64,000 nucleotides of DNA, from contig UYFQ01000001.1 of assembly GCA_900617105.1 (NCBI GenBank), positions 3,720,001 to 3,784,000 of the forward strand. The letters are read 5' to 3'. Origin of the DNA: Hydrurus foetidus (lineage: Eukaryota). A model generated the notes under the pieces. The model had not been told where the DNA came from. It worked only from the letters and a program-made list of their open reading frames with translations, and did not search any database. The position numbers and the translations under genes are program-made. Below are positions 21,406 to 32,901 of this stretch, piece by piece (position 1 is the stretch's first letter; each line of letters begins with the position of its first letter).

Positions 21406-24327
21406 ATGCAAACTGCACAACAAGTTAGCCCTTCAACCAGCTCGCCAAATCTCGTTTCAACCAGTGGTGGACAAAGCAGCCCCTCAAACCCAATCAACAG
21501 CTACCAAATTATTAGGCGCAATGGTGCGGTTGTACCGTTTGCTCCTAATAAGATAGCTGTTGCCATGATGAAAGCGTTTCTTGCCGTGCACGGCACGCAA
21601 GGCGCTGCCTCGGCCAGCGTTCGCCAAACAGTAGACGAGCTGACCCAAGCGGTCATGCGCGCCATGATGCGCTCCCGCCCCGGTGGCGGCACTTTCCACA
21701 TTGAAGATGTACAAGACCAGGTAGAACTGGGCTTGATGCGCGGCGGGCACCACGAAATTGCACGCGCCTATGTGCTTTACCGGGAAAAGCGCACCCAAGA
21801 GCGCGCTCGTCTGCCACAGAACCAAGCACCTGCGGCCGCGACTCTGCATGTCATGGACGGCGGCAAAAAGGTCGCCCTGGATATTCGAAACCTTGAAACG
21901 CTGATCGAGGCGTCCTGCGCCACGCTGGGCGCCGACATCACGCCAGGTCCTATCGTGGCCGAAACAATGCGCAACCTGTACGACGGGGTACCGATTGATG
22001 AGGTGTACAAGGCGTCCATCTTGGCTGCCAGAACTTTGATTGAAAAAGATCCTGACTACACCTACGCGACTGCGCGCCTCTTGATGCACACCATTCGCCG
22101 TGAGGTGCTGGGCGAAGAAGTTACTCACGAAGAAATGAGTACTCGCTACGCTGACTACTTTCCGGGTTTCATCGCAAAAGGGGTTCAAAACGAGCTGCTT
22201 GACGAGAAATTGCAGCAGTTCGATCTGGCGCGCCTGGGTGCCGCTCTGAAGCCAGAGCGCGATATGCAGTTCGATTACTTGGGACTGCAAACACTGTTTG
22301 ACAGGTACTTTCTGCACGTCCGAAAACAGCGCATCGAATTACCCCAGGCATTTTTTATGCGGGTCGCGATGGGTCTGTCGCTCAACGAAATCAATCGTGA
22401 AGAACGCGCCATTGAGTTTTACGAGCTGCTTTCATCGTTTGATTTCATGTCCAGCACGCCTACCCTGTTTAATGCGGGCACGCTTCGGTCACAGTTGTCG
22501 TCTTGCTACTTGACTACTGTCGCTGACGACCTTGGTGGCATTTACGACGCCATCAAAGAAAACGCATTGTTGTCCAAGTTCGCAGGTGGTTTAGGCAACG
22601 ACTGGACGCCAGTTCGTGCCTTGGGCGCACACATCAAAGGCACTAACGGCGAGTCCCAAGGTGTTGTGCCATTCCTGAAGGTGGTCAACGATACCGCGGT
22701 AGCCGTGAACCAAGGCGGCAAGCGCAAAGGCGCCGTGTGTGCGTACCTTGAGACATGGCACCTGGACATTGAGGAGTTTTTGGAGCTGCGCAAAAATACC
22801 GGTGACGATCGTCGCCGCACCCATGACATGAACACCGCTAACTGGATTCCAGACTTGTTCATGCGCCGGGTCATGGAAAAGGGCAGCTGGACTCTGTTTT
22901 CCCCATCCGACACGCCTGACCTGCATGACAAGTTCGGTAAGGAATTCGAGGCAATTTATACCGCTTATGAGGCTAAAGCAGAGCGCGGTGAAATCAAACC
23001 TTCCCGGAAACTGCAGGCTACCGACATGTGGAGGAAGATGCTGTCGATGCTGTTTGAAACTGGTCACCCCTGGATCACTTTTAAAGACGTTTGCAATATT
23101 CGGTCGCCCCAGCAGCACACGGGCGTGGTGCATTCCTCCAACCTGTGCACCGAGATCACCCTGAACACCAGCGACACAGAAACAGCTGTTTGCAATCTTG
23201 GCTCGGTCAATTTGGTTCAACACTTAAAGGACGACTCAAACGGCGCCAAAGTGCTTGACCACGCCAAGTTGCAAAAGACCATCACTACCGCCATGCGCAT
23301 GCTCGATAACGTGATCGACATCAATTACTACGCGGTTAAAAAAGCGCGTGACTCCAACATGCGCCACCGACCCGTAGGGCTGGGCATCATGGGTTTCCAG
23401 GATTGCCTGTACGAGCTGCGCGTGCCGTACGCGTCGCAAGAAGCGGTTGAGTTTGCAGACACTTCCATGGAAGCGGTCTGCTACCACGCCTACTGGGCAT
23501 CAACCGAGCTGGCCAAAGAGCGGGGCAAATATGCAACTTACAAAAACTCCCTTTGGGACAAAGGGATCTTGCCGTTAGATACGCTGGACCTGCTCTCGCA
23601 AGAACGCGGAGGCTATGTGGAAGTAGACCGTTCGGTCACGCTCGATTGGGACGCCTTGCGCAAGAAGATTGCTCTTGACGGAATGCGCAACTCCAATTGC
23701 GTCGCCATCGCCCCCACTGCCACTATTTCAAACATCATTGGTGTTGATGCTTGCATTGAGCCGTGCTTTGGCAACCTGTCCGTCAAATCCAATTTGTCAG
23801 GCGAGTTCACGGTCATCAATCACTACCTCGTACGTGACCTGAAGCGTTTGGGTTTGTGGGACGACGTGATGGTGGTTGACCTCAAGCATTTCGACGGCTC
23901 CTTAAAGCCTATTGACCGTGTGCCGCAGGACATTAAGGCCCTGTACGCAACGGCCTTCGAAGTAGAAACCACCTGGATCGTTGAGGCAGCGTCACGCCGT
24001 CAAAAATGGATTGATCAGGCCCAGTCGCTGAACATTTACATGGCTGGTGCGTCAGGCAAGAAACTCGATGAGACCTACAAGCTGGCTTGGTTGCGTGGAC
24101 TGAAGACAACCTATTACCTCCGCACGCAGAGCGCAACGCATGTTGAGAAATCAACAGTAGCGGCAGGCAAAATGAACTCGGTGGCTTCAAGCACGGCGAC
24201 CGCGGCCAGTGCAGTCAGCGCCTTGGACGCAGCCGCAGCTGCCGCGCAAATTCAATTGAGTTCATCGCCCGCGACGGACATTAAATTTTGTGCGATTGAT
24301 GATCCGGGCTGCGAGGCTTGCCAGTAA
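21406..24327 (+). CDS. nrdA: Class Ia ribonucleotide reductase alpha subunit with N-terminal ATP-cone(s)
   Basis: GAGGA RBS before ATG 21406; TPTLFNAG, SSCYL, SNLCTEI, APTATIS, KTTYY, C-terminal CEACQ. Confidence 0.97.
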   Translation: MQTAQQVSPSTSSPNLVSTSGGQSSPSNPINSYQIIRRNGAVVPFAPNKIAVAMMKAFLAVHGTQGAASASVRQTVDELTQAVMRAMMRSRPGGGTFHIEDVQDQVELGLMRGGHHEIARAYVLYREKRTQERARLPQNQAPAAATLHVMDGGKKVALDIRNLETLIEASCATLGADITPGPIVAETMRNLYDGVPIDEVYKASILAARTLIEKDPDYTYATARLLMHTIRREVLGEEVTHEEMSTRYADYFPGFIAKGVQNELLDEKLQQFDLARLGAALKPERDMQFDYLGLQTLFDRYFLHVRKQRIELPQAFFMRVAMGLSLNEINREERAIEFYELLSSFDFMSSTPTLFNAGTLRSQLSSCYLTTVADDLGGIYDAIKENALLSKFAGGLGNDWTPVRALGAHIKGTNGESQGVVPFLKVVNDTAVAVNQGGKRKGAVCAYLETWHLDIEEFLELRKNTGDDRRRTHDMNTANWIPDLFMRRVMEKGSWTLFSPSDTPDLHDKFGKEFEAIYTAYEAKAERGEIKPSRKLQATDMWRKMLSMLFETGHPWITFKDVCNIRSPQQHTGVVHSSNLCTEITLNTSDTETAVCNLGSVNLVQHLKDDSNGAKVLDHAKLQKTITTAMRMLDNVIDINYYAVKKARDSNMRHRPVGLGIMGFQDCLYELRVPYASQEAVEFADTSMEAVCYHAYWASTELAKERGKYATYKNSLWDKGILPLDTLDLLSQERGGYVEVDRSVTLDWDALRKKIALDGMRNSNCVAIAPTATISNIIGVDACIEPCFGNLSVKSNLSGEFTVINHYLVRDLKRLGLWDDVMVVDLKHFDGSLKPIDRVPQDIKALYATAFEVETTWIVEAASRRQKWIDQAQSLNIYMAGASGKKLDETYKLAWLRGLKTTYYLRTQSATHVEKSTVAAGKMNSVASSTATAASAVSALDAAAAAAQIQLSSSPATDIKFCAIDDPGCEACQ

Positions 24328-24456
24328 ACCCATCTTCATTTAAAAATTCGGTCTTATGAATCGATGTAATTGAGCAACACTAATTGGCTGTGAAATGCAT
24401 GAAAACTTTTCATTCTTCTCTGCAGCTTTCATAATCACTATCGAACGGAAATAATC

Positions 24457-25716
24457 ATGTTGACTTGGGACGAAGAAGTTAAACCATCATTGCAAAATTC
24501 TCTTGGCAGCGAGATATTTAATACTCGCCTGGAAGAACTGACTCCACTGGTTGCCGATGCGATGGTTGCATCGCCAGCCGCCGGCGTGCGCATGCTGCAT
24601 GACGGCCCGTTTTCACCAGCTGCAGTTGCTGCACTAATTATTTCAGCAGCTCCTTCACAGAGCACCGAAGCGCAAACCCAAGCGCCCGCTGCGGTGATGA
24701 AGCGCGTCAAGGCCTCAGACAAACGAATCATTAACGGACAGACTGACGTTAATCAGTTGGTGCCGTTCAAGTACAAGTGGGCGTGGGAAAAATATTTGGC
24801 TACTTGCGCTAACCACTGGATGCCGCAAGAAGTCAACATGACGCGCGACATTGCTTTGTGGAAAGACCCGAACGGTTTGACCGAAGACGAGCGGCGCCTG
24901 GTTAAGCGCAACCTCGGCTTTTTTGTTACTGCCGATTCATTGGCCGCCAACAACATCGTGCTGGGTACTTACAGGCACATCACAGCCCCAGAGTGCCGGC
25001 AGTTTTTGCTTCGTCAGGCTTTTGAAGAAGCTATTCATACCCATGCCTACCAGTACATCACTGAATCCCTGGGTTTGGACGAGGCTGAGATTTTCAATGC
25101 CTACAACGAAGTCCAATCCATTAAGGACAAAGATCAGTTTCTGATCCCGTTCATTGAAGTTATTTCAAATCCGCACTTCAAGACCGGCACCCACGAAGCT
25201 GACCAAACACTGCTCAAGTCATTGATTGTTTTTGCCTGCCTGATGGAAGGCCTGTTCTTCTACGTCGGCTTCACGCAAATTCTGGCGCTCGGCCGCCAAA
25301 ACAAAATGACTGGTGCAGCTGAACAGTACCAGTACATCTTGCGCGACGAGTCGATGCATTGCAACTTTGGCATTGACCTGATCAATCAGCTCAAGCTGGA
25401 AAATCCAGGACTCTGGACAGCTGAGTTCAAAGCTGAAATCAAAGCCTTGTTTATGAAGGCAGTGGAGCTGGAGTATCGCTACGCTGAAGACACCATGCCG
25501 CGCGGCGTGTTGGGCTTGAATGCGTCCATGTTCAAAGGCTACTTGCGTTACATCGCGAACCGCCGCGCTACCCAAATTGGCTTGGAAACTTTGTTCCCAA
25601 ATGAAGAAAATCCGTTTCCCTGGATGAGCGAAATGATTGACCTGAAAAAAGAGCGCAACTTTTTTGAAACCCGAGTGATTGAATATCAATCGGGTGGTGC
25701 TCTTTCTTGGGATTAA
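24457..25716 (+). CDS. nrdB: Class Ia ribonucleotide reductase beta subunit
   Basis: [15 protein letters not shown] (radical Tyr retained), EGLFFY, RDESMH, NFFETRV. Confidence 0.96.
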   Translation: MLTWDEEVKPSLQNSLGSEIFNTRLEELTPLVADAMVASPAAGVRMLHDGPFSPAAVAALIISAAPSQSTEAQTQAPAAVMKRVKASDKRIINGQTDVNQLVPFKYKWAWEKYLATCANHWMPQEVNMTRDIALWKDPNGLTEDERRLVKRNLGFFVTADSLAANNIVLGTYRHITAPECRQFLLRQAFEEAIHTHAYQYITESLGLDEAEIFNAYNEVQSIKDKDQFLIPFIEVISNPHFKTGTHEADQTLLKSLIVFACLMEGLFFYVGFTQILALGRQNKMTGAAEQYQYILRDESMHCNFGIDLINQLKLENPGLWTAEFKAEIKALFMKAVELEYRYAEDTMPRGVLGLNASMFKGYLRYIANRRATQIGLETLFPNEENPFPWMSEMIDLKKERNFFETRVIEYQSGGALSWD

Positions 25717-25913
25717 TCAGTAGTCGCTCTGAATAAAACTAAAACTGCATGTTTTTTAGAATTGCAACACCCAACAGTTTGGCCGTAGAGTCAACGCTGG
25801 GTTTTGCTCCTGTGTTCGCGGTGCTGGGCCAGATTATTTCTCGGCCCAACACCTCGAATCGCTTTGCGTACTCCAAACGCAAAGCGCAATTTGCAACGTA
25901 AAAGGAGAAATCT

Positions 25914-26366
25914 ATGGCAACTGCAAAAAAACCAGCGGCAAAAAAAGCTGCTCCAAAGAAGGCCCCGGCAAAAAAAGTAGCAGCGAAAAAAGCACCAGCG
26001 AAAAAAGCTGCTGCCAAAAAAGCGCCAGCTAAAAAAGCCCCGGCAAAAAAAGTAGCAGCGAAAAAAGCACCAGCGAAAAAAGCTGCTGTCAAAAAAGCGC
26101 CAGCTAAAAAAGCGCCAGCGAAAAAAGCTGCAGCCAAAAAAGCCCCGGCCAAAAAAGCCGCAACTAAAAAAGCGCCAGCAAAGAAAGCCGCAGCAAAAAA
26201 GGTAGCGAAGAAACCCGCTGCCAAGAAAGCCGCGAAAAAACCTGCTGCCAAGAAAGCCGCGAAAAAACCCGCTGCCAAAGCACCCGCTGCACCGGCTGCC
26301 CCTGCGGCTCAGACAACTCTGAACCCGCAAGCCGCCTGGCCGTTTCCAACAGCCAGCAAGCCGTAA
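25914..26366 (+). CDS. Histone H1-like Lys/Ala-rich nucleoid protein
   Basis: AGGAG RBS; repeated [10 protein letters not shown] units; C-terminal [11 protein letters not shown]. Confidence 0.9.
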   Translation: MATAKKPAAKKAAPKKAPAKKVAAKKAPAKKAAAKKAPAKKAPAKKVAAKKAPAKKAAVKKAPAKKAPAKKAAAKKAPAKKAATKKAPAKKAAAKKVAKKPAAKKAAKKPAAKKAAKKPAAKAPAAPAAPAAQTTLNPQAAWPFPTASKP

Positions 26367-26388
26367 GCAGTAAGGTACTTCTGCTTAG

Positions 26389-26421
26389 AAAGCCCAGCAT
26401 TAACAATGTTGGGCTTTTTTT
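26389..26421 (+). terminator. Rho-independent terminator
   Basis: AAAGCCCAGCATT-AAC-AATGTTGGGCTTTTTTT. Confidence 0.8.
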
Positions 26422-26444
26422 ATGAACGATGGCGCTGGTTCGGC

Positions 26445-26493
26445 GCTATAAAATTAAGAGCTTCTTGCGCCCGTATTTATTGGCGAAAAGCCC
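26445..26493 (+). repeat. GCTAT-N7-ATAGC palindromic repeat, intergenic
   Basis: GCTATAAAATTAAGAGCTTCTTGCGCCCGTATTTATTGGCG. Confidence 0.8.
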
Positions 26494-26508
26494 AAAAAAG
26501 CCCAAAAA

Positions 26509-27405
26509 TTAGCCTGTTATGGCATCAAGAGAGTAATTTTGTCCACCCCTGAATGCGATTTTGTGGGCGCCCACGCGGTTGCCCAGTTCTGCGCAGCGAA
26601 CCAGCGTCCATCCCTTTTCCAGGCCAAAAAGTAAAGCCCCGCGAAATGCGTCACCGCAGCCGGTGGGGTCAACGACTTCTACAGCCTTCACAGGTGCGAC
26701 AGCGGTTTTTTCTCCGTTTACCCAGACTTCGCTTCCTTCCGCTCCCAAAGTCACGATCAATCCCTCGACTCGCCGTGACAGCTCTGCGCAGTTAAGGCCG
26801 GTGCGGTCACATAACAGCTTGGCTTCATAGTCATTTACGGCCACCCAAGTGGCCAGCTCCACAAAATGCAAAAGCTCCGCGGCGGCAAACAAGGCCAGGT
26901 TTTGTCCTGGATCAAATACAAATGGAATGCCCGCTGCCTTGAATTGTTCGGCATGTTGCAACATGCCATCCCGCCCATCCGGCGCCACAATCCCAATATT
27001 GATATCGTTGCGCGCCGCAATGGTAGTGGTGTGCGATTGCATCATTGCACCGGGGTGAAACGCGGCGATCTGGTTGGTGTCTTGGTCCGCCATGATCATT
27101 GCCTGGGCGGTGTAGCTGCCCTCTATTTCGCGAATGAACTCGGTGTTGATTCCCATCTCATTAAGGCGGTTCACGTACTCGGCCCCGTCGCTGCCTATCG
27201 TTCCCATCGGCAGCGGGTTCCCGCCGAGCTGCTTGAGTGCATACGCGATGTTGCCTGCGCAGCCGCCGTAATCGCGCCGCAGCGTAGGGACGATGAACGA
27301 AAGGTTAAGAATATGGATTTGATCTGGCAATATCCGGTCAGAAAATCGACCGTCGTAACTCATGATGGTGTCAATGGCGATAGAGCCACAAATTAAAGCA
27401 GGCAT
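26509..27405 (-). CDS. PfkB-family carbohydrate/nucleoside kinase
   Basis: GGCAGNIAY, FDPGQ, VNDYE, DPTGCGDAFRG. Confidence 0.92.
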   Translation of the reverse strand: MPALICGSIAIDTIMSYDGRFSDRILPDQIHILNLSFIVPTLRRDYGGCAGNIAYALKQLGGNPLPMGTIGSDGAEYVNRLNEMGINTEFIREIEGSYTAQAMIMADQDTNQIAAFHPGAMMQSHTTTIAARNDINIGIVAPDGRDGMLQHAEQFKAAGIPFVFDPGQNLALFAAAELLHFVELATWVAVNDYEAKLLCDRTGLNCAELSRRVEGLIVTLGAEGSEVWVNGEKTAVAPVKAVEVVDPTGCGDAFRGALLFGLEKGWTLVRCAELGNRVGAHKIAFRGGQNYSLDAITG

Positions 27406-27557
27406 AGTTTTTAGTTAAAAGTTATAAAAAGATTACAGGGACGAAAAACGGGTGACTTGGATTCGACTCGACTCGACTCGACTCGAATTAGCCGGAAAAT
27501 CTTGCATGCTCAGGTCTTGTGGGCAGCGGCAAGACCATTGCAGCGTGCCCATGCTGA

Positions 27558-28550
27558 TCACGGGTAAAACGCCAACAGGCGATAACCAGCCACGCGTGAG
27601 TTGGGCGAACCAACGCCGCCCGGTAACGCGGAGGCAGAAACGTCAAGCACTACTGCCCCCTGAAAATCTGCCGCCGCCGCTAACAGCGCAGCACTTGCAC
27701 CGAACTGTGCCGGGGCCAGCACGCGCCTTATTACTGCTTGGTCCTGCGTATCAGTCAATGTCACCTCTAAAGACGGCATGGCTACTGCAATGGCCCCCAG
27801 GTTTTTAATGGAGAAACTGAGCTTGTAGCTGTCTGTACCCAGCTTGGTGAAGGTAGAGCTGTCGATAACAACGGCGTCAATTTTTCTAAGCGGGCCAAGC
27901 TCGCATTCCATAAAACTACACAACGCTTGCACAGTGGGTTGGAGCCGTGGCTCTAGCAGCACCAGGTGGTCTTTTTGCTGAAGCACTATTTGCAGCAACA
28001 GGCCGACTAGAAGCAGTATTGCAACAAAGGCTAGCGCCACCCGAACCCAGAGCTTTTTCCAAAACGCCTGACGCCGTGCGTGCTGCACAAACGACACGCC
28101 GTTAGCTGCTGCGGCGCTTTCCTCGGCTTTTATTTCTTCGTTAAGTAAACTGCCTGGCGATTGGGTCAAAGACGACTTGACTGCGGGTGCGACCACTGCA
28201 GGGGGCGGCAGCGACGGTGGCACTTCCTCCCGCTCGTCACCCCTTTCTTTGGCGGCAGTGGACGCCATAACCGCCGCACGCAGGGAGCTTTCAAAATCGT
28301 CTTCTAAATCAGCCTCATCTGCTGGGTTGGCTGTGACCTCGGTGATGGGGGGTGTATTGATGGCTTGTGTTGCATTGCCTGCTTGGCTGCCGTGCAGCAC
28401 GTCTTGAAATTCTTGTTCGTCTTGCAGGTGCATCGATGCGTCAAACACGTCTGAACATTGCCCACAGCGAACCCAGCCTTGAGAGACTTTTAATTGGTCA
28501 GCTACGACGTTGAACATCGTGCCGCAAGCGGGGCAGCGCGTAATAATCAT
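27558..28550 (-). CDS. Zinc-ribbon / DUF3426 membrane protein
   Basis: N-terminal CPAC...VRCGQC, central TM helix, C-terminal YRLLAFYP; usual position after prmA. Confidence 0.85.
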   Translation of the reverse strand: MIITRCPACGTMFNVVADQLKVSQGWVRCGQCSDVFDASMHLQDEQEFQDVLHGSQAGNATQAINTPPITEVTANPADEADLEDDFESSLRAAVMASTAAKERGDEREEVPPSLPPPAVVAPAVKSSLTQSPGSLLNEEIKAEESAAAANGVSFVQHARRQAFWKKLWVRVALAFVAILLLVGLLLQIVLQQKDHLVLLEPRLQPTVQALCSFMECELGPLRKIDAVVIDSSTFTKLGTDSYKLSFSIKNLGAIAVAMPSLEVTLTDTQDQAVIRRVLAPAQFGASAALLAAAADFQGAVVLDVSASALPGGVGSPNSRVAGYRLLAFYP

Positions 28551-28617
28551 GAACCCATTTATTGTAAGTGGGTGTAGCGCGTGCAGCGCAGGCTAACAAC
28601 GCAGTCAGCCATCGCAA

Positions 28618-29553
28618 CTACAGCCTGGCTGTCATTAAAACCCAGCCGTCTTCGCTGTCTGCTACGTGCAGTGAACACCAAGGCAAATAAGCGGCTTTAA
28701 GTTCATCTGCCTGGCGCTCCAAAATGCCGGCCAGTATCAAGTGGCCTCCTTTTTCTACGCGACCGCACAGCAAAGGCGCCAGCACTTTAAGCGGCGTAGC
28801 CAAAATGTTGGCCAACACGGTTTGATAAGCGCCTTCAGCCGTATCAGGCAACCCGGTACGGAGCTGTGTCTGGTTGGCGTCGGCATTGGCGCGGGTGGAC
28901 TCCACCGCTGCTGGATCAATGTCCACCGCATCAATCCGTGAAGCGCCAAACATGGCTGCGCCAATGGCCAAAATACCTGACCCGCAGCCGTAGTCCAGCA
29001 CTCTGCCAAATGGATTAGCCTCGGCTTGACCACTGATTGCCGTATCGCTGCTGTTGAATAGTGCCCCACGGTTTGCAATCCACCGCAAACACATCCTGGT
29101 AGTAGGGTGGGTTCCGGTACCAAACGCCAGACCGGGATCGAGCCGAATGACGCGCACCGCTTGCTCTGGCGGCTCATGCCAAGTCGGCACAATCCAAAAA
29201 TCAGGTGTGATCTCCACTGGCGCGAATTGCGACTGCGTCAGCCGTACCCAGTCTTGCTCTGGCACCGTGCGAATCGCCACCACGCTGCAGCCCGCAAAGA
29301 AATCTTGTACAGCGAGCAGGTCAGCCGCTTCGCGCGCCAAGACCTCGCTCGGGAACAAAGCCACCAGCCGCGAGCGCTGCCAGCCCGATTTGGGCGGCGG
29401 CATGCCCGGCTCGCCGAAAAGCGCTTGTTCGGCTGGCGTGTGCGCATCGGCGTCTTCCAGCGACACGCTCAGTGCATCCAGCGCTTCCAGGGCGTCGCTA
29501 ACAGGCTCAAAAGCGCTTTCAGGAACCAACACAACCAGCTCGAAAATACTCAT
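28618..29553 (-). CDS. prmA: Ribosomal protein L11 methyltransferase
   Basis: LDPGLAFGTGTHPTT, LDYGCGSGILAI, ANILA. Confidence 0.96.
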   Translation of the reverse strand: MSIFELVVLVPESAFEPVSDALEALDALSVSLEDADAHTPAEQALFGEPGMPPPKSGWQRSRLVALFPSEVLAREAADLLAVQDFFAGCSVVAIRTVPEQDWVRLTQSQFAPVEITPDFWIVPTWHEPPEQAVRVIRLDPGLAFGTGTHPTTRMCLRWIANRGALFNSSDTAISGQAEANPFGRVLDYGCGSGILAIGAAMFGASRIDAVDIDPAAVESTRANADANQTQLRTGLPDTAEGAYQTVLANILATPLKVLAPLLCGRVEKGGHLILAGILERQADELKAAYLPWCSLHVADSEDGWVLMTARL

Positions 29554-29571
29554 GTGCTGCGCTTTTTACGG

Positions 29572-30921
29572 TTAGCGAATGCGCTTGGACAGCCACTCTT
29601 CCAGGTAGTGAATGTTTGTGCCACCGTCGATAAATTTTGCGTCCACCATTAACTCGCGGTGCAGCGGAATATTGGTATTGATGCCCTCAACCACGGTCTC
29701 GGCCAGTGCAGTGCGCATGCGTGCCAACGCTTGCTCTCGCGTGTCGCCATGCACAATGATTTTGCCAATCATGGAGTCGTAGTTGGGCGGCACAAAGTAG
29801 TTGGCGTAAATATGTGAATCCACCCGCACGCCCGGCCCGCCTGGCGTGTGCCAAGTGGTGATGCGCCCCGGAGACGGCGTGAACTTGTACGCGTCTTCGG
29901 CGTTGATCCGGCATTCAATCGAATGGCCTTTAATCTCAATCTGCCGCTGGGTAAACGGCAGCTTTTCACCCGCTGCAACCATGATTTGCGTACGCACAAT
30001 ATCCACGCCGGTCACCCACTCAGTCACAGGATGCTCCACCTGCACCCGGGTGTTCATTTCAATGAAGTAAAACTCGCCGTTTTCGAATAAAAATTCAAAG
30101 GTACCCGCGCCCCGGTAGCCAATTTTTTTGACGGCTGCCACGCAGCGCTCACCAATTCGCTCAATCAGCTTGCGCGGAATTCCCGGCGCTGGCGCTTCTT
30201 CAATGACCTTTTGGTGGCGGCGCTGCATAGAGCAATCGCGCTCACCCAGCCATACGGCGTTTCGGTGCTGGTCGGCCATGATTTGAATTTCGATATGCCG
30301 CGGGTTCTGCAGGAACTTTTCCATGTAGACCTCCGGGTTGCCGAATGCCGCCGCTGCCTCAGCTTTAGTCGTTTGCACCGCGTGCAGCAGCGCCGCCTCG
30401 GTATGCACCACACGCATGCCTCGCCCGCCGCCGCCGCCTGCCGCCTTGATGATGACGGGGTAACCCACCTGCTTGGCGGTGCGTTTGATGAAGGCGGCGT
30501 CATCGGGCAGCGCGCCCTCTGAGCCCGGCACACAGGGCACGCCGGTTTTGATCATGGTTTGCTTGGCCGAAACCTTGTCACCCATGATTCGAATGGATTC
30601 GGGTGAGGGGCCAATAAACTTGAAGCCGCTTTTTTCAACCCGCTCCGCAAAGTCGGCGTTTTCGCTTAAAAAGCCGTAACCCGGGTGAATTGCCTCGGCG
30701 TCGGTCACTTCAGCAGCTGAAATAATCGCCGGCATGTTCAAGTAGCTGTCTTTAGAAGGCGCTGGCCCGATGCAAACCGATTCGTCGGCCAATCTGATGT
30801 ATTTCGCGTCGCGGTCAGCTTCAGAGTAAACCATGACGGCTTTGATGCCGAGCTCCCGGCAGGCGCGCTGAATGCGCAGAGCAATTTCACCGCGATTAGC
30901 GATCAGTATTTTTTTAAACAT
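29572..30921 (-). CDS. accC: Acetyl-CoA carboxylase biotin carboxylase
   Basis: [34 protein letters not shown]. Confidence 0.98.
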   Translation of the reverse strand: MFKKILIANRGEIALRIQRACRELGIKAVMVYSEADRDAKYIRLADESVCIGPAPSKDSYLNMPAIISAAEVTDAEAIHPGYGFLSENADFAERVEKSGFKFIGPSPESIRIMGDKVSAKQTMIKTGVPCVPGSEGALPDDAAFIKRTAKQVGYPVIIKAAGGGGGRGMRVVHTEAALLHAVQTTKAEAAAAFGNPEVYMEKFLQNPRHIEIQIMADQHRNAVWLGERDCSMQRRHQKVIEEAPAPGIPRKLIERIGERCVAAVKKIGYRGAGTFEFLFENGEFYFIEMNTRVQVEHPVTEWVTGVDIVRTQIMVAAGEKLPFTQRQIEIKGHSIECRINAEDAYKFTPSPGRITTWHTPGGPGVRVDSHIYANYFVPPNYDSMIGKIIVHGDTREQALARMRTALAETVVEGINTNIPLHRELMVDAKFIDGGTNIHYLEEWLSKRIR

Positions 30922-30933
30922 GCCGCCTCGCCG

Positions 30934-31386
30934 TCAATCGATCAAATACAAAGGCTGCCCATACTCCACTGCTTGGCCGTTTTCACACAAAATTTTCCTG
31001 ACGGTGCCAGACTTGTCGGCCTCAATCTCGTTCAAAATTTTCATCGCCTCAATGATGCAGATGGTCTCGCCTTCTTTAACGACGCTGCCCACTTCTACAA
31101 ACGGCTTGGCGCCAGGGCTGGCAGACCGATAAAACGTGCCAACCATGGGTGACTTGACTGAATGGCTGGTGGATTCCGCTGGTAAAGCCTCTGGTGCCAG
31201 CGCTGCGGCTACAGGTGCTGCCGCCATTGCTGGGGCTGCCATCGTCATGGCGGGCTGCTGCATTACCAACGGCGCGCCGCTTGATTTAACGATGCGAACC
31301 TTGCCTTCTGCTTCAGTGATTTCGAGTTCAGACACATTAGAGTCTGACACCAGGTCAATCAGTGTTTTGAGTTTTCTCAGGTCCAT
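30934..31386 (-). CDS. accB: Biotin carboxyl carrier protein
   Basis: [22 protein letters not shown]. Confidence 0.97.
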   Translation of the reverse strand: MDLRKLKTLIDLVSDSNVSELEITEAEGKVRIVKSSGAPLVMQQPAMTMAAPAMAAAPVAAALAPEALPAESTSHSVKSPMVGTFYRSASPGAKPFVEVGSVVKEGETICIIEAMKILNEIEADKSGTVRKILCENGQAVEYGQPLYLID

Positions 31387-31678
31387 GCAGTAGTCTCCAG
31401 CTGTTTGCAGATGATTGTCGACCGTGTCGGCAATTTGGCATCTTTGGGTGCTTACTTTTTGCTTTTGCGCTTTAAAGCCGTCAAAAGCCGATTACTTTTT
31501 TGGGTTTGTGAAGCCCCGAAATGTTGCTGCGCAGAGTGTACTCGACGTAGAAACGGATTGAATCACAAAAGACAAGTTGATTCAGGCGATGTTGAAGTCG
31601 GTTTAAGCTAAATTAGCTACTTTTAGCTATTAATGCAGCCAGTTATCGAAAAATGCAATTCTTATTGGCAACCCGCCG

Positions 31679-32212
31679 TTATTTCAACTTTGCCCAGGTG
31701 GCCAGGTCATCTTTCGAGACTTTACCCGTCTTGCGCACCAGCAAGTCGCCAGACGAGCCCAGCACCACCGTGAACGGCAAACCGCCTGCAATGTTGCCCA
31801 GCGTTTTGCTCAGTTCGGTTCCGTCAAGCCCCGCCATGCCGACTGCATAACTCAATGGCCGGGTTTGCAGCCACCTGCGCACCATGCTGGGCTGGTCCAC
31901 CGCCAGGCCTAGCACCTGCCAGCCCTTGGCTTTTTGTTCTTGGTAAAAAGCGTCAAGCAGCGGAAGCTCTTCGACGCAGGGCGGGCACCAGGTCGCCCAA
32001 AAATTAAGCAGCAACGGCTTGCCCCGAAAACTGCTCATGGCTTGTGGTTTGCCGTCTGGCGTGTCAAAGCTCATGGCCCACAGTGCGTCGGTGGCGGCTT
32101 TGCTTTGTGGGGTGGAAAGCGTCGCGGGCTCGTACTTCAGCCAAGCCGCGCCAACGCCTGCCAGCGCGGCAGCTGCGCCAGAGCCGATGTAGAGCAGGTT
32201 TCGGCGGTTCAT
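31679..32212 (-). CDS. TlpA-family thiol:disulfide oxidoreductase
   Basis: NFWATWCPPC, GLPFT. Confidence 0.92.
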   Translation of the reverse strand: MNRRNLLYIGSGAAAALAGVGAAWLKYEPATLSTPQSKAATDALWAMSFDTPDGKPQAMSSFRGKPLLLNFWATWCPPCVEELPLLDAFYQEQKAKGWQVLGLAVDQPSMVRRWLQTRPLSYAVGMAGLDGTELSKTLGNIAGGLPFTVVLGSSGDLLVRKTGKVSKDDLATWAKLK

Positions 32213-32823
32213 GACGCGGGGGCTTTTTCGTTAACTGAATTCATAACCTTGAATTTTTGCACAGCCGCCACATCGCCGCGCGGCTTGCGGCCCTTGTCGT
32301 CAGGCTTGAGTGCACCGCGCAGGTCGTCATGGTCGTACACCATGAAGTGCACGCCGATGTTTTCGTTCAAAGGTTTGCACAGGCTGCTCAAGCTCAGCGC
32401 TTCGACTTTGCCGCCAGTAAAGCCGGTCACCGTGCGCGGTTCGTAGTCAACGTTGTACTCAATCAGTGCAATTTCTGCTGACTTGGAGTCATCACAAAAC
32501 AGCTGAATGTAAATATCACTCAGCCGCGTAGCCGTGCCACGCCACACCGCTCCAGCCAAATGCGGCCTGAAATCTGCCATGCGCTGCATCCAGACCAAAG
32601 CCAGCTCCCGCAGCGCCGCCAGCTCAGTAGGTTGGGTATCAGCACAAAACACCGCGATGTACTCAATCACCGCGTCTTCAATTTCAGCGTTGTCAGGCAG
32701 CGCAGTTCGGGCAGGCAAGCCCATCTGTTTGACAGCACGCCGCTTGGCCGGGCCGTATTCAAGGCCTTCTTCCACCACCAGGGCGGCGGCCGTGGCGGCT
32801 ATTTCGGATTGGAGGGTGGTCAT
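32209..32823 (-). CDS. Conserved hypothetical protein (nucleotidyltransferase-like)
   Basis: Intact 204-aa ORF coupled to the TlpA gene; G.VW.GTA...SDI motif. Confidence 0.7.
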   Translation of the reverse strand: MTTLQSEIAATAAALVVEEGLEYGPAKRRAVKQMGLPARTALPDNAEIEDAVIEYIAVFCADTQPTELAALRELALVWMQRMADFRPHLAGAVWRGTATRLSDIYIQLFCDDSKSAEIALIEYNVDYEPRTVTGFTGGKVEALSLSSLCKPLNENIGVHFMVYDHDDLRGALKPDDKGRKPRGDVAAVQKFKVMNSVNEKAPAS

Positions 32824-32901
32824 GAAAACACTGGCAAAAAACGTAACTCATGAAGTTTAGGCCAAGCGTGCAAAACTGCGTTTGACTCCTAGAATACCTC
32901 G

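Noticed and set aside
24457..24700. Ala/Pro-rich NrdB N-terminal extension as an intein, a class Ic signature or another repeat copy
   Set aside because: No intein motifs, the radical Tyr is retained, such extensions are usual in betaproteobacterial NrdB, and the resemblance to the GCTAT repeat is too weak
25739..26406. Long minus-strand ORFs (AAFFAGAF... and Phe/Arg/Cys-rich) and a 15-bp periodicity
   Set aside because: Antisense shadows of the AKKAP repeats of the histone H1-like gene; not separate genes and not a CRISPR array
31387..31678. 290-bp gap upstream of accB where aroQ lies in some Betaproteobacteria
   Set aside because: No dehydroquinase remnant and no convincing RNA structure found; probably promoter DNA
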